Source: an uncultured Mollicutes bacterium
Lineage (GTDB): Bacteria > Bacillota_I > Bacilli_A > RFN20 > CAG-826
Direction: 5' to 3'
Length of the DNA: 64,000 bases
NCBI GenBank assembly: GCA_900545015.1
Contig: UQXJ01000002.1
Location: 20,260-84,259, forward strand
Shown here: piece by piece, positions 38,628 to 47,400 of the stretch
Layout: each line of letters begins with the position of its first letter
Numbering within the stretch: the stretch's first letter is position 1
Notes under the pieces: generated by a model
Told to the model about the DNA's origin: nothing
Seen by the model: only the letters and a program-made list of their open reading frames with translations
The model's database searches: none
Translations under genes and position numbers: made by a program

Positions 38628-38701
38628 GGGGATTTAGTTTAATGGTAGAGCAGCGGTCTCCAAAACCGTTGATAAGGGTTCGATTCCTTTAATCCCCGCC
38701 A
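38628..38701 (+). tRNA. tRNA-Trp (anticodon CCA), CCA end encoded
   Basis: GGGGATTTAGTTTAATGGTAGAGCAGCGGTCTCCAAAACCGTTGATAAGGGTTCGATTCCTTTAATCCCCGCCA. The anticodon loop is CUCCAAA. Confidence 0.9.
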
Positions 38702-38715
38702 TTAATTGAACAAAT

Positions 38716-38746
38716 GACAATGCGGTAGAAAGTATTGTCTTTTTTT
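38716..38746 (+). terminator. rho-independent terminator after tRNA-Trp
   Basis: GACAAT-(12-nt loop)-ATTGTC followed by TTTTTTT (38740-38746). Confidence 0.6.
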
Positions 38747-39050
38747 ATGCCTAAACTAAACTTTTTGTTGTTTAAATATGTTAGCGATGCATACGTCAAA
38801 ATATTATACGTATAAGAATAAAAGAAAAAATCAGTTTTGTTTTAACTTAGTACTATAATTTCTGACGATCTTTTTTGTCATTCCGCCATTTTTCGCCAGT
38901 GAGATTTCAACCCATTTTTAATACTTTTAGAATATGGTAATAGATTATCAATTGGCTCTTTATTTATTTTTGATATGTAAATAATAATCTTTATAAATTT
39001 AGTTCAATTTAATTATTGAAATGTAATTAAATAATATTATGAATCTTTTA

Positions 39051-39138
39051 ACAAAACTCCCTTGAATTTTCTTATAAAAAAAACAAAACTCCCTTTATAT
39101 TTCTTAAATTTTATTGAAAACTCCATTGAATTTTCTTA
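39051..39138 (+). repeat. three 24-bp direct repeats at 32-bp period upstream of ATPase 1
   Basis: ACAAAACTCCCTTGAATTTTCTTA (39051-39074), ACAAAACTCCCTTTATATTTCTTA (39083-39106), TGAAAACTCCATTGAATTTTCTTA (39115-39138). Confidence 0.85.
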
Positions 39139-39188
39139 AAATACAATTAGAAATACGTTTGGCAATAATATAAGAGAGGTTGATAACT

Positions 39189-40544
39189 ATGTATTTTAGA
39201 AGAAAAATTGATTCAAAATTATATACATGGCTTAATAATGAAGATAGAAGTCCTGCATTGGTTGTTGGTATAAGACAATGCGGAAAAACAGAAACTATAA
39301 GACAGTTTGTTACTCAAAATGGGTATCAAATCGTAGAAATAAATTTTTGGACCAATCCAGATTTTAGATTAGATTTTGAAGGTAAATTAGACGTAGATAC
39401 TATAATTTCTAATCTCTCACTTAGGTTTCCTAATATAGATTTTAATCCTAAAAAAATAATATTATTCTTTGATGAAATTCAGGATTGTCCTAGAGCAAGA
39501 CTATCATTTAAGAACTTTAAAGTAGATGGCAGATATATTGTTATTGGTAGTGGTTCGTATTTAGGCATTAATGGTTATGTCATTGGAGATTCTACGCCTA
39601 CACCTACTGGGTATGAAGATGTTTTTCATATGAAAACAATGGATTTTGAAGAATTTTTATGGGCTTTAGGATATAAAGAAGAACAAATTAATTTTTTGTA
39701 TGAGCGCTTTATTAATAGAAACGCAATACCATTAAACATGTATAACTTATATAAAGATATTTTCAATAAATATTTGTGCATTGGCGGATTTCCTAAAGTA
39801 GTTAAGGAATATATAAAAACTAATAAGATTATAGATGCATTCAAGGTATTAAATAGCACTGTATTTGACATGAAGATTGATTTTGGTAGAAGAATGAGCA
39901 ATAGTGGTAGTCCTGTGTTTAAAGCTGCTGAAGTATCAAGAATTCAGAATGTATTTGACCTAATTCCAACATTTCTTGCTAAAAAGAATAAAAGATTTAT
40001 TGTTTCTAAAGTGCAAGGTGGAACTCAATATGATAAAAATGATGCTATTGAATATTTAAAACAAGCTCATATTGTTCAAAAAGTTTATAACGTAGAAGCA
40101 CCTTCATTACCATTACAGGGTATGCGAATTGAATCACAATTTAAATTATTTCCTGAGGATATTGGAATTGTTTCTGCTATGTATGGATTAGATTTTGTAG
40201 CAGCAGTAAATAGAGGAGAATTAGGACAAGGCAAGGGAGCGTTATATGAAGCATTAGTGTTTGACGGATTAAGCAAAGCTGACATTGAGCCGTTTTATTT
40301 TGCTAAGAAAAGCGGCTTAGAAATAGATTTTGTAATTTCTTATGGTGGCTATGCTACTTTAGTTGAGGCTAAAGCTAAAAATGGTAATACTAAGTCTAGT
40401 AAAACGGTTATGAGTCATCCTGAACACTATGGCAAAACTAAACTTATAAAAATTGGCGATTACAATATTGGTGGTAATGATGATATGGTCACGATACCAC
40501 ATTATCTTGTGTTTATATTAGGCAAACTTAAATACGATTTTTAA
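39189..40544 (+). CDS. AAA+ ATPase, DUF4143-type (AAA_14 + DUF4143 architecture)
   Basis: AGAGAGG plus the ATG at 39189 (the track start at 39180 is TTG). Walker A is GIRQCGKTE and Walker B is ILFFDEIQD. Length and C-terminal pattern are typical of this family. Confidence 0.75.
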   Translation: MYFRRKIDSKLYTWLNNEDRSPALVVGIRQCGKTETIRQFVTQNGYQIVEINFWTNPDFRLDFEGKLDVDTIISNLSLRFPNIDFNPKKIILFFDEIQDCPRARLSFKNFKVDGRYIVIGSGSYLGINGYVIGDSTPTPTGYEDVFHMKTMDFEEFLWALGYKEEQINFLYERFINRNAIPLNMYNLYKDIFNKYLCIGGFPKVVKEYIKTNKIIDAFKVLNSTVFDMKIDFGRRMSNSGSPVFKAAEVSRIQNVFDLIPTFLAKKNKRFIVSKVQGGTQYDKNDAIEYLKQAHIVQKVYNVEAPSLPLQGMRIESQFKLFPEDIGIVSAMYGLDFVAAVNRGELGQGKGALYEALVFDGLSKADIEPFYFAKKSGLEIDFVISYGGYATLVEAKAKNGNTKSSKTVMSHPEHYGKTKLIKIGDYNIGGNDDMVTIPHYLVFILGKLKYDF

Positions 40545-40622
40545 TATCATTCAACACCTAATAAATAAATCTTACCTATTTACCAATAAATGAAATACTG
40601 ATCATGAGAAAATAAGTTTAGC
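40355..40622 (+). repeat. copy 1 of a 268-bp duplicated segment (3' end of ATPase 1 plus 78 bp downstream)
   Basis: It aligns without indels to 42819-43086, with about 20 substitutions counted by eye. Confidence 0.85.
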
Positions 40623-41132
40623 CAATTGATTTTAACTTGTTTATTTTAAGATTATGTGTGAAGATTTAAATACAACGAAATATACGATGAAGGCTATAAA
40701 AGCAAAAAAGGGATAACTATAACTACAATATTTACATTATTGATAACAATAATATCTAGTTTTTATTGATTTTATCTTTTAATTATAATCGTATATAATC
40801 TTCCTAAAATTAAACCCATAAAATAAAATAAAAGGTGCGTCATAAGGACTGAAAGGTACATTATATATATCAACATAATCGGAACCTCCATTTGAAGCGA
40901 GTAATGGTATTTCGTCAAACGTTCTATTGCAATTAACAGGTGATATTAAGCATTTTATATTTAAAGTAGATGTGTTTATCTTTTTGAATTATTCTATTAT
41001 CCTTTATATATCTTTGTTTTGCGAATTATAACAATCAGGAGTTTGCGTGATAATAGTTTTCAATTAAATCATCAATTGTTCCAATAGTGGTAATTATAGT
41101 TTTAAATATAAACTATACACTTTTTACATTGT

Positions 41133-41230
41133 TAATAAAATTGCGCAGTATAACACGAAAAATATGAGTTAATCAACTTATTAAACTGAGCAAAAATGTT
41201 GATATTTAATAAAGTGCGCAGTATAGTACA
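41133..41230 (+). repeat. two copies of a TAATAAA-N-TGCGCAGTATA box upstream of ATPase 2
   Basis: TAATAAAATTGCGCAGTATAACAC (41133-41156) and TAATAAAGTGCGCAGTATAGTACA (41207-41230). The second copy ends 27 nt before the start codon. Confidence 0.7.
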
Positions 41231-41256
41231 ATTAAAGACTTATGTGAGGTGAGCTT

Positions 41257-42438
41257 ATGATTATTCGAGAAAAATATTTAAAAGAAATTAGACCTTTTTA
41301 TGATAGTGATTTAATTAAAATCATTACAGGAATAAGAAGATGTGGCAAATCAGTTATTCTTAAAACTATTTATGATGAAATAAATAAAAATTCTTCAAAT
41401 ACCATATATTTGGATTTTGAAGATGCAGGCGACTTAAAGAAGGCAGGAACTTTAGAATTATTGCTGAATTATATTGATAAAAATAGAAAAGATGGTAAGT
41501 GCTATATTTTTTTAGATGAGGTTCAGAATATAAAAGATTGGGCGATAGCAGTCAGAACATTAAGACTTCATAATAATTCAGTATTTATATCTGGTTCTAA
41601 TTCTAAATTATTATCAAAAGAATTTGCTACTGAATTATCTGGCAGATATGTATCTTTTAGAATTAGACCATTTGTTTATAAAGAAATAATTGAGTATTCA
41701 AAAGAAATTGGAAGAAAGTTTAACATAACAGATTATCTAATATGGGGCGGTTTTCCAAAAAGATTTGATATGGAAAATGAAGAATCAACTGTTAGATATT
41801 TAGAAGATTTAGAAGATACTATTGTTATAAAAGATTTAATTAAAAGATATAAAATCAAAAAACCTGAATTATTTAAAAAGTTTGTAAATTTTGTGCTGAG
41901 AAATAATTCAAGATTATTATCTGCAAGATCAATTCACAAGTATTTATTAGGTCAAGGTGTTGAATGCTCATCAAATACAATTTTAGGATATATGCATTAT
42001 TTAAAAGAAGCATATGTAATAGAAGAATTACCTCAATATTCAACAAAAGTAAAAAGAGAATTAAATTTCAATCCCAAATTATATAATTCTGATGTTTGTT
42101 TTAATTCACTAAAAGTTGATAACGGAAGATACGACTTAGATCATAATTTAGAAAACATTGTATATAATGAACTTTTATATATGGGATATGCTTTAAAAGT
42201 TTTTGATAACAAAGGGAAAGAAATAGATTTTTTAGCAACTAAGAGCGGAAAAACATTTTTAATTCAAGTTGCATATAGTGTAGTTGATGAAAAAGCATAT
42301 AATAGAGAATTTGATGCTTTTGCTGATTTAGATAACGCTAATCAAAAAATATTAATAACTAATGATGAGGTAGATTATTCATCATCAACAGTGAGACATA
42401 TTAAATTAGAAGATTTCTTAATGATGGAGGAATTATAG
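41257..42438 (+). CDS. AAA+ ATPase, DUF4143-type (second, divergent paralog)
   Basis: 393 aa with GAGGTGAG SD, Walker A GIRRCGKSV and Walker B YIFLDEVQN. Confidence 0.75.
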   Translation: MIIREKYLKEIRPFYDSDLIKIITGIRRCGKSVILKTIYDEINKNSSNTIYLDFEDAGDLKKAGTLELLLNYIDKNRKDGKCYIFLDEVQNIKDWAIAVRTLRLHNNSVFISGSNSKLLSKEFATELSGRYVSFRIRPFVYKEIIEYSKEIGRKFNITDYLIWGGFPKRFDMENEESTVRYLEDLEDTIVIKDLIKRYKIKKPELFKKFVNFVLRNNSRLLSARSIHKYLLGQGVECSSNTILGYMHYLKEAYVIEELPQYSTKVKRELNFNPKLYNSDVCFNSLKVDNGRYDLDHNLENIVYNELLYMGYALKVFDNKGKEIDFLATKSGKTFLIQVAYSVVDEKAYNREFDAFADLDNANQKILITNDEVDYSSSTVRHIKLEDFLMMEEL

Positions 42439-42715
42439 TATTGTATATGAAATAATTCCGATAAAATTATTTTTATCATCCAAAATCCTAATGTTTGTAA
42501 ACACTTAAAAGCAAAATGAACTATAAGCCAAATTGCTAAACGTTGTAACGTTAAATTGCCAATTTGAATATTTTAATGCTTGAGAACAGGCATTTAATGC
42601 AATCATAAGAAAATTAATTAGAATATTTATTGAACCAAAATCGAATTGAGCAAAGAAACTAGGACGGATATAAATGAAATTGAAATATGACTTTGTTTTA
42701 TTCGTCTAGAAAAAC

Positions 42716-42779
42716 AAATCATACGGAATAGAAATACAAAATCATACGGAATAGAAACTTTAAATCATACGGAATGACA
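42716..42779 (+). repeat. iteron-like triple direct repeat, 23-bp period
   Basis: AAATCATACGGAATAGAAA (42716-42734), AAATCATACGGAATAGAAA (42739-42757), AAATCATACGGAATGACA (42762-42779). Confidence 0.85.
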
Positions 42780-42818
42780 TAAAATATAGTTGTAGAAGAT
42801 AGCATAGAAAATAGAGAA

Positions 42819-43086
42819 TACTTTAGTTGAGGCTAAAGCTTAAAATGGTAATACCAAGTCTAGTAAAACGGTTATGAGTCATCCTGAACACTATGGTAAA
42901 ACTAAACTTATAAAAATTGGTGATTAAAATATTGGTGGTAATGATGATATGGTCACAAGACCACATTATCTCGTCTTTATATTAGGCAAACTTAAATATG
43001 ATTTTTAATATTATTCAACACCTAATAGATAAATCTCACTTATTTAGCAATAAATAAAATGCTGTTTATGAAAAAATAAGTTTAGC
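42819..43086 (+). pseudogene. 3'-terminal fragment of an ATPase-1-like gene (copy 2 of the 268-bp duplication) with in-frame stops
   Basis: It is collinear with 40355-40622. AAA to TAA (GCT TAA AAT) and TAC to TAA (GAT TAA AAT) interrupt the frame, and no 5' part is present. Confidence 0.8.
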
Positions 43087-43119
43087 TAAATGCAAGTCTA
43101 AATATTACTCGTGGATTGA

Positions 43120-43443
43120 AAAGAAGTATATCGTTTATGCAAAGAAGCTAAAGTAAACATTTCATACATTAATAATGAAAATGATTTTACAATCGAATTC
43201 TCTAGAATAGATAGAAATAAAATTGGCGAATTAAATGGCGAATTAAATGGCGAATTATCTAAAGAGGAATTCTCTGTTCTAACCGTTTTTAAAACTAATA
43301 AAAATGTGATAAAAGCTGAAGTTATTAAACAAGCTGAACTTTCAAGCCGAGCAATTGATAGAATCATAAAATCATTAAAAGAAAAAGAATTGCTAAGAAG
43401 AGTGGGCTCAAATAAAATTGGTTATTGGGAAGTTTTGAAATAG
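43120..43443 (+). pseudogene. C-terminal fragment (no start codon) of a wHTH-tailed ATP-binding/Schlafen-AlbA_2-type regulator
   Basis: The frame is open only from TGA 43117-43119 to TAG 43441-43443: KEVYRLCKEAKVNISYINNENDFTIEFSRIDRNKIGELNGELNGELSKEEFSVLTVFKTNKNVIKAEVIKQAELSSRAIDRIIKSLKEKELLRRVGSNKIGYWEVLK*. The ending ...GSxKxGYWEV is typical of that family's wHTH tail, judged from memory. Confidence 0.45.
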
Positions 43444-43931
43444 AATTTTTTCTTTTGAAGTTAATTTGTAAATTTACTTTTTATGCTGATATTAAAACTA
43501 TTGAAAATTATATTTGCAATATTTGTGAGCAAGCAATGCGAGATAGCGAGATTAGACTTATTTTGAAGTTGCAAAATGCGAGTATAAAATCAAACAGATC
43601 TAGAAAACTATAAATGCGAATTGCAGCAACGTCATTAGTTTCAAATATTTTTTTGGAAAACATAATATTAAAAGTATAGGAATATTAAAACTGCCATAAC
43701 TAATAAATTAGCAGTTGTCTTTATTTTGTGGACAACTGAATTATAGTAAGTTATTAGGAAAAATTTCTTCTTTTCCACAAGCGCAATTATAATATCACTA
43801 ATGAAAAGTTTTCAGCTTTTCATCCTTCATGTGCAAATAAGTATTTTTTTAAAATTCTTTTAATTGGCATTCATTTACTAGTAGAATAAACATAAAATAT
43901 AAGGCAAAAAACTTATATTAAGAATTGTTTT

Positions 43932-44195
43932 ATGAATAAAATTACTGTAAAAAATATTAAAATTGATGTAACTGGAATTGGGGATGATGATTTTATTAGT
44001 CTTACTGATATGGCGAAAATTAAGAATTCAGAATTTCCTGCTGATGTGATTAAAAACTGGATGAGACTTAGAGCAACAATTGAATTTCTTGGCATCTAGG
44101 AACAAATAAATAATGCAAATTTTAACATGGTCGAATTCGACCAGTTTAAAAATGAATCTGGTCATAATTTTTTTGTAATGACTCCAACTAAATAG
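43932..44195 (+). pseudogene. KilA-N domain gene remnant with TAG stops
   Basis: MNKITVKNIKIDVTGIGDDDFISLTDMAKIKNSEFPADVIKNWMRLRATIEFLGI*EQINNANFNMVEFDQFKNESGHNFFVMTPTK*. This matches the KilA-N N-terminal pattern (ISLTD...NW.R.R.TIEFLG.WE..NN..F). It has TAG at 44097-44099 and 44193-44195 and no C-terminal half. Confidence 0.6.
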
Positions 44196-44333
44196 ATAAA
44201 ATACTATAGTTTAATTCAATTATTTCAAGAATGCTTTCCTTTTAGAACAAATAACTTTGTTTTAGCTAGTATAACTTAAAGCAATTGCTTTAATACTATT
44301 TATAAAATAATAATCTATTTTAAATATAAATAA

Positions 44334-44367
44334 GGATGATGTAGCAAAGTAAAATGCTACATCATCC
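44334..44367. other. perfect 12-bp hairpin at the island / operon boundary
   Basis: GGATGATGTAGC-AAAGTAAAAT-GCTACATCATCC. There is no T-run on the plus strand. It lies upstream of the putative operon promoter (ATGACA, 16 nt, GATAAT around 44408-44436). Confidence 0.6.
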
Positions 44368-44498
44368 TATGCATTATTAAGAACATATTAAGATTTTGCT
44401 AATTTAAAATGACAATCTTTTTTGTAGTTTGATAATACTTTCATGCGATGTTCGTGACGAAATTGCAAAATAGTAACATCTTTTACGGAGGTAATTGC

Positions 44499-47400
44499 AT
44501 GAAAGGAAAATTTTTAATTTTTAGTATAACTGCTCTTTTGTCTTTAACAGGTTTAACAAATTGTTCTAGTACAACTGGCGGTGGTAATACAGATACTACG
44601 TGTCCTGAATGTCCACCTTGTGAAGACAAGGGTGATGGAAAAGACGATGGACAAGGTGGAGGAACAGAAAAACCTGACACTAAAGTTGATCCTTCCCAAG
44701 GACTTATTAGTCCAGAAAAGTCTGAATGGGGAGATAAAATTACTAATTTAATGGTTGAATATCTTGGAGGAGGAATTTTACCACTTATCGAACTTGGCGA
44801 TGGCGAATTTGATGCTGAGTTTGTTAAAAACGATGAGAAAGAAGATTATAAATCATATTTAAAAATCGTTGGTGGTAGTTTCTTATCTTCAAAACTTGAA
44901 TCAGCAGTAAAATTATATAAAGAACATTACTGGAATGCATTAATGATTGGTGAATCATTCTATGCTTCAAATGATTTAATAAAAGTTGAAGTAGAAGTTA
45001 GCAAAAACTACAATGGCTTATTTGAATTAAAAGCATTCTATCAAGAACCATTTAATCCAAAAGATGCAACTGCATGGAATGAACAAACTGAAGCATTAAT
45101 TAAAGAACGTTTTGGTAGATTTGTAGTTCCATTTACTTATCTTGGAACAGTCAATTATGATTCTTCAATTAATGAAGAAGGAGCATTAGTTGTAAGTGGT
45201 GGAACTTGGAGTGATTCTGCTATTAATCAATTTGAAACATCTTTTAAAGGCTGGGAAATAACAAAAGATGAAGAAGTCTTAACTACAAGATATGCAACAT
45301 TTAAAGATGGTGAAAATGAATTAAACGCTACTTTAACAAAAGCTCATAATAAAGCTGAACTTCAAGTATCAATCAAAGAAGCATTTGATTCATCTAATCA
45401 ATCAGCTTGGTCATCAGAAGTTCTTAAAGAAATGGATAAATCTTTAAATAAAACTGTCTTACCTTATGTTTATTTAGGAGCTATTTATCCAACAATTGAT
45501 AAAGCTACAACAAATGAAAGAAATCTTACTTTAGTTGGAAAGTTCTGGGATGATAAAATCTTAGAAAATGCTAAAGACGCATTTAAAATAGATTCATCCT
45601 GGAGTGAAAAAACTGTTGAAAGTGGAGTTGCTTTTACAAAATCTAATGAGTTTGATAGCTATGAAGTTGTTGTTGATAAAAATGAAAGTGGTCTTCCAAC
45701 TTTAAAAGCATCAAGAACAGAAGTTTATAACGAAACAACTTTAAAAGCTTATCCTGAAGATCTCAAAACAGCATTTAAAGATAAATATGCTGAAGAAATG
45801 GATACTATTCCATTCTTATATTTAGGTACAGCATATCCTACATTAAATACTGAAATCCCTGCAAAACACGAAGAAGATACAAGTAAACTTGTTATTACAG
45901 GTGGCGTATACAATTCAAAAATCTTAGATAATTTTAGAACTAAATTTACTAAAGAAGCAGGCTGGTATACAGCAATTGATAATACTCATGAAGATTCTGG
46001 AACTAAAAACGATGAACCAAGTGATATATTAGCAGTTGCAATTAAAAACACAGGAGAATTCACATATAAAGTTGGTTTAGTTACTTTAGAAAATGCTGGT
46101 GAAAAAACAGCTTATCTTGAAATCAATAGATCAAAAAATATAACTACAGCCGCTACAAAATGGAGCGATGAAACTTTAGCTAACATGTCTAAAGTTTTAG
46201 GAAGTGATGTTACATTGCCTTTCTTCGATGTAGGTAGAGATACACTTGAAATTGCCTTCGATGAATCTGGACATCTTGAAATTCAATTTGTTGCTGATCA
46301 CACTAATGTATCCTTTAGAGTATGGTCTGCAATTGATAGTTTAACAAAAGCAGATTGGGAATTAACTATTGCTCATAACGATACATATTACGATTCAGAA
46401 GCTTGGATTAATCAAGTTTCTGCAACAAAAGACTTTAATGGTAAAAAAGTTCAAGTTCAAATTAACATTAACGCAAGTGCTTATTATAGATTTGTATTGA
46501 AAGGCGGAGTTAGTCCAGTTGAAACTTATGATGCTAGTAAAGTAAACGGAAGTTGGAGCGAAGATATAAGTTCAGTAATTAAAGATAAATATAAAATTGA
46601 TTTCCCTTACATCTATTTAGGTACTGATAATCCTTATATATTCGAGGATACCGAAGAAGGTACTACAAAAATTATTGGTAATGCTTTAACTAATGAATTA
46701 TTTGTAAATGCAAAAGATGTATTAACAAAGAATGGTTTCTTAATTGATACAAGTGCATCTTGGGATATGCTTGTTAAAGCAACAAAAGAAAATAGCGATG
46801 GTAATATTGTAAATGTTGAAGTTAGTTATCATGATAACAAACCTTATATTAGCTTCTCATTAACTGAAGTATTTAAACCAGGCACTCAAACAGCATGGGA
46901 TTCAAAAACTCAAGAATCTTTAAATAAAGAACTTCCTAGTGGTGTTACACTTCCTTATTTATATTTAGGAACAGCAGAACCAACATCAACTTTTGATACA
47001 AAAAATAATGTCAAAAAGATCTCTATAGTTGGTGGAAAATGGGATGATGCAGTTATTAATTTATCTAAATCATCACTTGAAACTAATTCATTTAGTGTTT
47101 CAATCGACTCTTCCTCATATTATACAGGTCCATCACTTCTTGCACATAAATTATTAGAAAGCTCTAGTGCAAAAGCTATAAGACTTAAATTAAGTGAAAA
47201 TCGTGATGATAAAATTGAACTTGATGTATATATTGACTTGGTACCAGACGCTCCAAGTGATAAAATAGCAACTTGGGACGAATTCCCTAAGTATTATGGA
47301 ACTTCTGTTACAGATGCTATGCAAACATATTTAGGAACTAAATTACCTGAATTCATTCCTAGTGCACTTGTACCATCTGCAGATGATAGCATTAGTATCA

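Larger units (their letters stand above)
38747..44333. mobile_element. degraded accessory island adjacent to tRNA-Trp (no intact integrase seen)
   Basis: It starts right after a tRNA and its terminator. It contains 2 DUF4143-type ATPase genes, 3 truncated or stop-containing gene fragments, a 268-bp duplication and three short repeat arrays. It ends at a 12-bp perfect hairpin. Confidence 0.4.

Noticed and set aside
40772-40891. 39-aa hydrophobic minus-strand ORF (MEVPIMLIYIMYLSVLMTHLLFYFMGLILGRLYTIIIKR) as a type I toxin-like peptide
   Set aside because: It has no SD, no obvious promoter and no antisense RNA signature. Hydrophobic short ORFs arise easily from T-rich strands in AT-rich DNA.
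42530-42625. Possible resolvase/transposase HTH fragment (..TISQIAKRCNVKLPI..) flanked by TGA codons
   Set aside because: It is about 16 aa of vaguely HTH-like sequence between stops, too short for any confident family call. Interpreting the flanking TGAs as Trp would be circular.
39051-42779. The short repeat arrays as a possible CRISPR array
   Set aside because: There are only 2-3 units each, units of 19-24 bp with 4-13-bp or irregular spacers, three different unit sequences, and no cas genes. The geometry fits protein-binding repeats, not CRISPR.
43098-43367. 89-aa minus-strand ORF, plus 43425-43613 (+) and 43913-44095 (-)
   Set aside because: The minus ORFs are mirror frames of the plus-strand wHTH fragment and the KilA-N remnant, which have recognisable protein patterns. 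43425-43613 starts at a non-ATG codon, has no SD and no recognisable features.
44097-44195. Idea that TAG is recoded (to Trp or another residue) in the KilA-N gene
   Set aside because: There are only two instances, both explainable as TGG to TAG transitions. The similarity to KilA-N ends after the second TAG, neighbouring fragments carry TAA stops, and TAG ends bona fide genes (rpmI, infC, the HAD gene).
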